Shown in pieces: positions 52,327 to 57,225 of a DNA stretch of 57,225 bases. The notes beneath the pieces are model-generated. The model was not told the DNA's origin, did not search any database, and saw only the letters and a program-made list of their open reading frames with translations. The translations under genes and the position numbers were made by a program. This stretch comes from an uncultured Actinomycetes bacterium (lineage in GTDB: Bacteria; Actinomycetota; Acidimicrobiia; Spongiisociales; DATADW01). The stretch's first letter is position 1, and the number at the start of each line of letters is the position of its first letter. Location of the stretch: the NCBI GenBank assembly GCA_963824995.1, contig CAWGRK010000011.1:1-57225 (forward strand), read 5' to 3'.

Positions 52327-52424
52327 GGGCCCTCCTCCTGGAAGCATCCGATTTCGTATCCTCGCGTCGTCACGCCGCCAGTGCCGGATCGACGGCGTAT
52401 CAACTGGCGTGGGATACTTGACTC

Positions 52425-53616
52425 GTGAGAGATATCCCAGCCCCGCCGGCCGACCCGCGGGACTTCCTCCGAATCGACGGGCTGCTCGACGACGAGGAGC
52501 GCCTGCTGCGCGACACGGTGAGACGGTTCGTGGCCGACCGGATCCTGCCCGACGTCGGAACCTGGTACGAGGAGGGGACTTTTCCCCGCGATCTGGCCAA
52601 GGAGATGGGCGCCCTCGGGCTGCTCGGGATGCACCTCGAGGGCTACGGCTGCGCCGGGACCAGCGCCACCGCCTACGGACTGGCCTGCATCGAACTCGAG
52701 GCGGGCGACACAGGGACCCGCAGCTTCGTCTCTGTTCAGGGTTCGCTGGCGATGTTCCCCATCTGGCGGTTCGGCTCGGAGGAGCAGAAGCAGGAGTGGC
52801 TCCCTCGGATGGCCGCCGGTGAGGTGATCGGCTGCTTCGGTCTCACCGAGTCCGACTCCGGCTCGGACCCAGGATCGATGCGGACAAACGCCCAGCGGCA
52901 CGGCGGCGATTGGGTACTCAACGGCTCGAAGATGTGGATCACCAACGGTGGAATCGCCGATGTCGCCATCGTCTGGGCGCGGACCGAGGAGGGGATCCGC
53001 GGCTTCATCGTCCCAACCGATACCCCAGGGTTCTCCACCAACGACATCCACGCCAAGATGAGCCTGCGTGCCTCGGTGACCTCGGAGTTGGTCATGGAGG
53101 ACGTCCGGCTCCCCGAGCATGCCGTGCTTCCTGGCGTAGCCTCGATCCGTGGCCCGCTCAGTTGTCTGAGCGAGGCCCGCTTCGGGATCCTCTTCGGGGT
53201 GATGGGCGTCGGCGCGCTCCTGTTACGAGGCGGCGCTCGACTACGCCATGACACGGCACCAGTTCGACGCGCCTATCGCCTCGTTCCAACTCATCCAGCA
53301 GAAGCTCGTCGAGATGATGGTGGCGGTGCAGCGGGGGACGCTCCTCGCCCTCCACCTCGGCCGGCTCAAGGATCAGGGACTTCTGGCGCCGGAGCAGGTG
53401 AGCTTTGGGAAGTTCGACAACGTGCGCACGGCCCTCGAGGTCGCCAGGACGGCGCGTGGCGTGCTCGGCGCCAACGGGATCACGCTCGAGTACCCGGTGA
53501 TCCGTCACATGACCAACCTCGAGTCGGTCTACACGTACGAGGGGACCAACGAGATCCACACCCTCATCCTCGGCCAGGCGCTCACCGGGATACCGGCCTT
53601 CCACGCCCCGGGCTGA
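52425..53616 (+). CDS. Acyl-CoA dehydrogenase, glutaryl-CoA dehydrogenase-like (frameshift near 53215)
   Basis: FGLTE..GSDP, NGSKMWITN, SLRAS.T, TYEGT. Confidence 0.9.
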
Positions 53617-53664
53617 GGGACGGGTGGTGGCTGCCGGCCCCTTCGTGGTGGGTAACGTCGGCGG

Positions 53665-56600
53665 GTGAGCGGTAGTCGGGGGGCGACTGCCGGCCTCGAT
53701 GATCTGTCAGCGATCGACGACGCCGTCGCCGCCCTCGAAGCACAAAGGGAAGTCCTGGGTGACGTGGTGGTCGAGACCGCCCTCCAGCCGCTGCGGGCGC
53801 GCCGTGTCGCCATCTTGGCCGGCATATCGGGTGGTCAGCGCAAGCAGGTGACGGTGCTCTTCGCCGATCTCGTCGACTTCACCGCCATGTCCCGCCAACT
53901 CGACGCCGAGGACGTTCGTTCGGTGGTCAATTCCTACTTCTCTCGATGGAGCGAGGTCATCGAGCGCCACGGCGGAGTGGTCGAGAAGTTCATCGGTGAC
54001 GCGGTGATGGCCGTCTTCGGCCTCCACCAGGCAAAGGAGGATGACCCACACCGCGCGATAAGAGCGGCGCTCGAGATGAAGGGGGCCATGAGCGAGCTCA
54101 ACGCGCATCTCGAGGCCGAGTTCGGGATCACTCTTGCGATGCGGGTCGGGATCGACACCGGCGAGGTGGTGGTGAGCATGGACCGGCCCGATCAGAAGGT
54201 GAGCGTCGTCGGGGAGACGGTCAACCTGGCCAGCAGGCTCCAGGGGGAGGCCCCCGAAGACGGGGTCCTCATCTCAGGCGACACCTATCGCCATGTGCGC
54301 GGGGGCTTCTCCTTCCGCGCACTCGGGCCTCTGACGCTCAGGGGCGTCGGCCGCCCCGTCGAGGGACACGTCGTCATCAGGGAGCGGCCGCACCGGTTCG
54401 AGCTAGACGAAGGCCGGGGTGTCGAGGGAGTCGACACCAGGACCATCGGGCGCGAGGTGGAGCTTCTCGGGCTGCAACAGCATTTCGAGGACATGGTCGA
54501 CGACGGGAGTCCTCGGGCGGTCACCATCGTGGGAGATGCCGGTGTGGGCAAGCTCGCGCCTGCTGCGCGAGCTCGACCGCTGGTTGGCCGAGATCCCCGA
54601 CCAGGTGTGGTGGTTCCGCGGCAGGGCATCACCGTCTTCGCAGAACCTCCCCAACTCGCTGGTTCGCGACATGATGGCCGCACGGCTCGACATCCACGAG
54701 AGCGATGGTCCCGAGGCGGTCCGCCTCAAGTGGGAAGACGGGATGGCGAGGCACTTCGACGAGGGGGTAGAGGCTCGAGCCCACCTCGTCGCCCACTGGC
54801 TCGGCTTCGACGTCGGCGACAGCGCCCACATCCGTGGTGTCCGCCATGACTCCCAGGGGCTGCACGACCGGGCCCGCACCTACCTCGCCGATTTCCTGAA
54901 GAAACTCGCCGGCGAATCGCCCGTCGTGGTGCTGCTCGAGGATCTGCACTGGGCGGACGAGGGCTCGCTCCGGTGGTTCGATGACGCCGGCCTGCTTCTC
55001 GAGGGGAGTCCGGTGCTTGTGGTGGCGACGGCTCGGCCGTCGTTGTTCGAGCGCTACCCGGCGTGGGGCGAGAACGGCGACTTCCACACCCGGATCCCTC
55101 TCGACTCGCTCTCCCCACGCCAGAGCCGCCGATTGGTGGGCGAGATACTCCAGAAGGCCGAACACATCCCGGCATCGCTGGTCGAACTGATCGTTGAAGC
55201 CACCGATGGCAACCCCTTCTACATCGAGGAACTGGTCAAGTGGATGCTCGAAGCGGGTGTGATCGAAAAGGACGGCGACCGCTGGACGGTGCTCGAGCAG
55301 AAGATCGACCGGGCTCGGGTCCCTGCCACACTGCGCGGCGTCCTCCAGGCCCGACTCGACGCTTTGGCACCAGACGAGCGACAGGCGCTGCAGCAGGCCG
55401 CCGTGATCGGCAGGGTCTTCTGGGACGAGGCCGTCGAGACCCTTTCCGCCGCAACCGGAGCGGGACAGGTGCCGGTGGGCACTTCGCTCGACAGGCTGCG
55501 CTCCCGCGAGGTCGTATTCGAGCGGCGGCAGTCGACATTCGACGACACCAGAGAGTTCCTCTTCAAGCACGCCCTACTGCGCGACGTGACCTATGACAGC
55601 GTGCTCAAGGGCCGCCGTGTCGGGTACCACGCTCAGGCGGCCAGATGGCTGGAACAGGTCGCGGAGCGCAATCGCCGCACCGACCAGTACGCCGGGCTGA
55701 TCGCTGGACATCATGACCTCGCCGCCGATGCCGTCACCGGGGCGAGGTGGTACCTGAGAGCCGGGCGGCAGGCGGCATCGGTCCACGCTCTCACCGAAGC
55801 GACGAGGCTGCTGGGGCGCGGCATCGAGATCCTCCCCGAGGACGAGTGGGAGCTTCGCTTCGACCTGCTCATGGCGAGGGAGACGGTGCTCGACCAGATT
55901 GGGGACCGCGCCGCACAGCAGGAAGACCTGGCGGCCATGGATGCGCTACTCCCCCGGCTCGACCCGCTCCGCAGGACGAACCTCCTCATCTGCAAGGCCA
56001 CCTGGTCGTTCAACCACAGCGACTACGCCACCCAGGTGGTGTTCGCCCAGGAGGCGGTCGAGGTCGCCTCCGAGCATGGGCTCACCGACGCCGAGGGCGA
56101 GGCCCGCCTGGCGTGGGGCAAGGGTCTCGCCTGGTCGGGCCAGCACCTGGCCGCCCGTGAAGTGCTCGAAAAGGCGCTGGCGCTGGCCCGCCAGGTGGGA
56201 CGCCCCCGGCTCATTGGCGAGACGCTCCGCTACATGTCGATCGTCGCCAACAACCAGAGCGATTTCGCACGGTCGATGGACCTGTTGGGGCAAGCCCTCG
56301 AGGTCGGCCGGGCCAGCAACGACACCGAGGCCGAGAGCTTGGTCCTCGTCCAGATGGGCACCGTGCTCTACAACCAGGGGCATTACGCCAAGGCGCGGGT
56401 CCAGTTGGAGCGCGCCCTTCCCATCTACATCGAGTCGGGCCACCGCTATCGCCAGGCGGTCGCCATGAGCAACATCGCCGGGATCGCGGTGATCCAGGGC
56501 GATCTTGGGGTGGCCAGAAAACTGGTCACCAAGGGTCTCGAGCTCACCCTGCATCTCGGGGACAAGGAGGGAATCGCCACCGCCCACACCATCCTCGGTG

Positions 56601-57225
56601 ATGTCTACCGGCGCGCCGGCATGTATCAGTTGGCCAGGGAGCAGTTGGAGGAGTCGGTGCGGGTGTCGGACGAGATCGGGTTCGATTTCGTGGCCAGCGA
56701 TGCCCTGCTCAGTCTGGCGCTGATAGCCGACGTCCAAGAAAAGCACCTCCGAAGCAGCGGAGTTCAACGCCAAAGCTCCGCAGCGCGGCGAGAAGGCTGA
56801 CTCGCCGCTCGCCATCGCCCGTGCCCGGCTGGGTGAAGGTCTGGTGCTGGCAGACACCGGTGATCTCGATGGTGCGGAGGGGGCGCTGACCGAGGCAAGA
56901 CGCCAAGGGGAGGAGATGTCGATCGGCTACATGGTCACCGAGACCGATGCCGCCCTCGCCGAGATCGCATTGCTCCGCGGCGACCTCGACGGAGCGGGCA
57001 AGATCGTGGCCGGGCTGAGTGGGAGGATCGAACGGATACGGCTGGAGGGTTGTCTCGAACCGGCACGGGTGTACCTCGCATGCATCAAGGTCCTCGATCG
57101 GGTGGACCCACCTGGGGCGGCGGCCGTGCGTACCACGGCTTCCGAGTACCTCGATGGTGTGACCTCGAGTATCGGCGATGAGGATTCCGACCTGCGCGAT
57201 GGATTCATGGCGACCCGGTCCAACG
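53665..57225 (+). CDS. Class III nucleotide cyclase + STAND AAA ATPase + TPR protein (frameshifts near 54553 and 56740-56790; runs off the window)
   Basis: LFADLVDFT, KFIGDAVMAVFG, VNLASRLQ; GDAGVGK, EDLHWAD, GNPFYIEE; TPR-like helices. Confidence 0.9.

Overview
High-GC bacterial window, most likely Actinomycetota (inferred from the LexA, PafBC and GlnR motifs and the F420-type PPOX, MDMPI and DUF222 genes; Acidimicrobiia is a guess). Many single-base indels break otherwise normal genes, which looks like long-read consensus error. Positions 1-24 kb and 29-38.5 kb form a large catabolic region of unknown substrate: three M24 pita-bread enzymes (two with an Asp-to-Cys metal-ligand change), two CocE/NonD hydrolases, LeuA-like, DapA-like, FAH, OCD, amidase, cyclase, a DhpH-like flavoprotein, cupins, RidA, a PEP-utiliser phosphotransferase, and TPP E1 alpha/beta without E2/E3. 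A 24-29 kb block interrupts it: a DNA methyltransferase with a nuclease-like tail, an SOS/PafBC-controlled DUF222-HNH gene, and arsC-arsR-arsM. The rest holds amt-glnK-glnD, a non-canonical PolX-PHP, an internally deleted CoxL-like gene, a UvrD-HRDC helicase and a cyclase-STAND-TPR gene. The strongest signals missed by the ORF track are a probable selenocysteine peroxiredoxin (in-frame TGA plus SECIS-like hairpin), two inverted AGTACT-heptamer cassettes that supply stop codons to flanking genes, and two pairs of shared palindromic operators.
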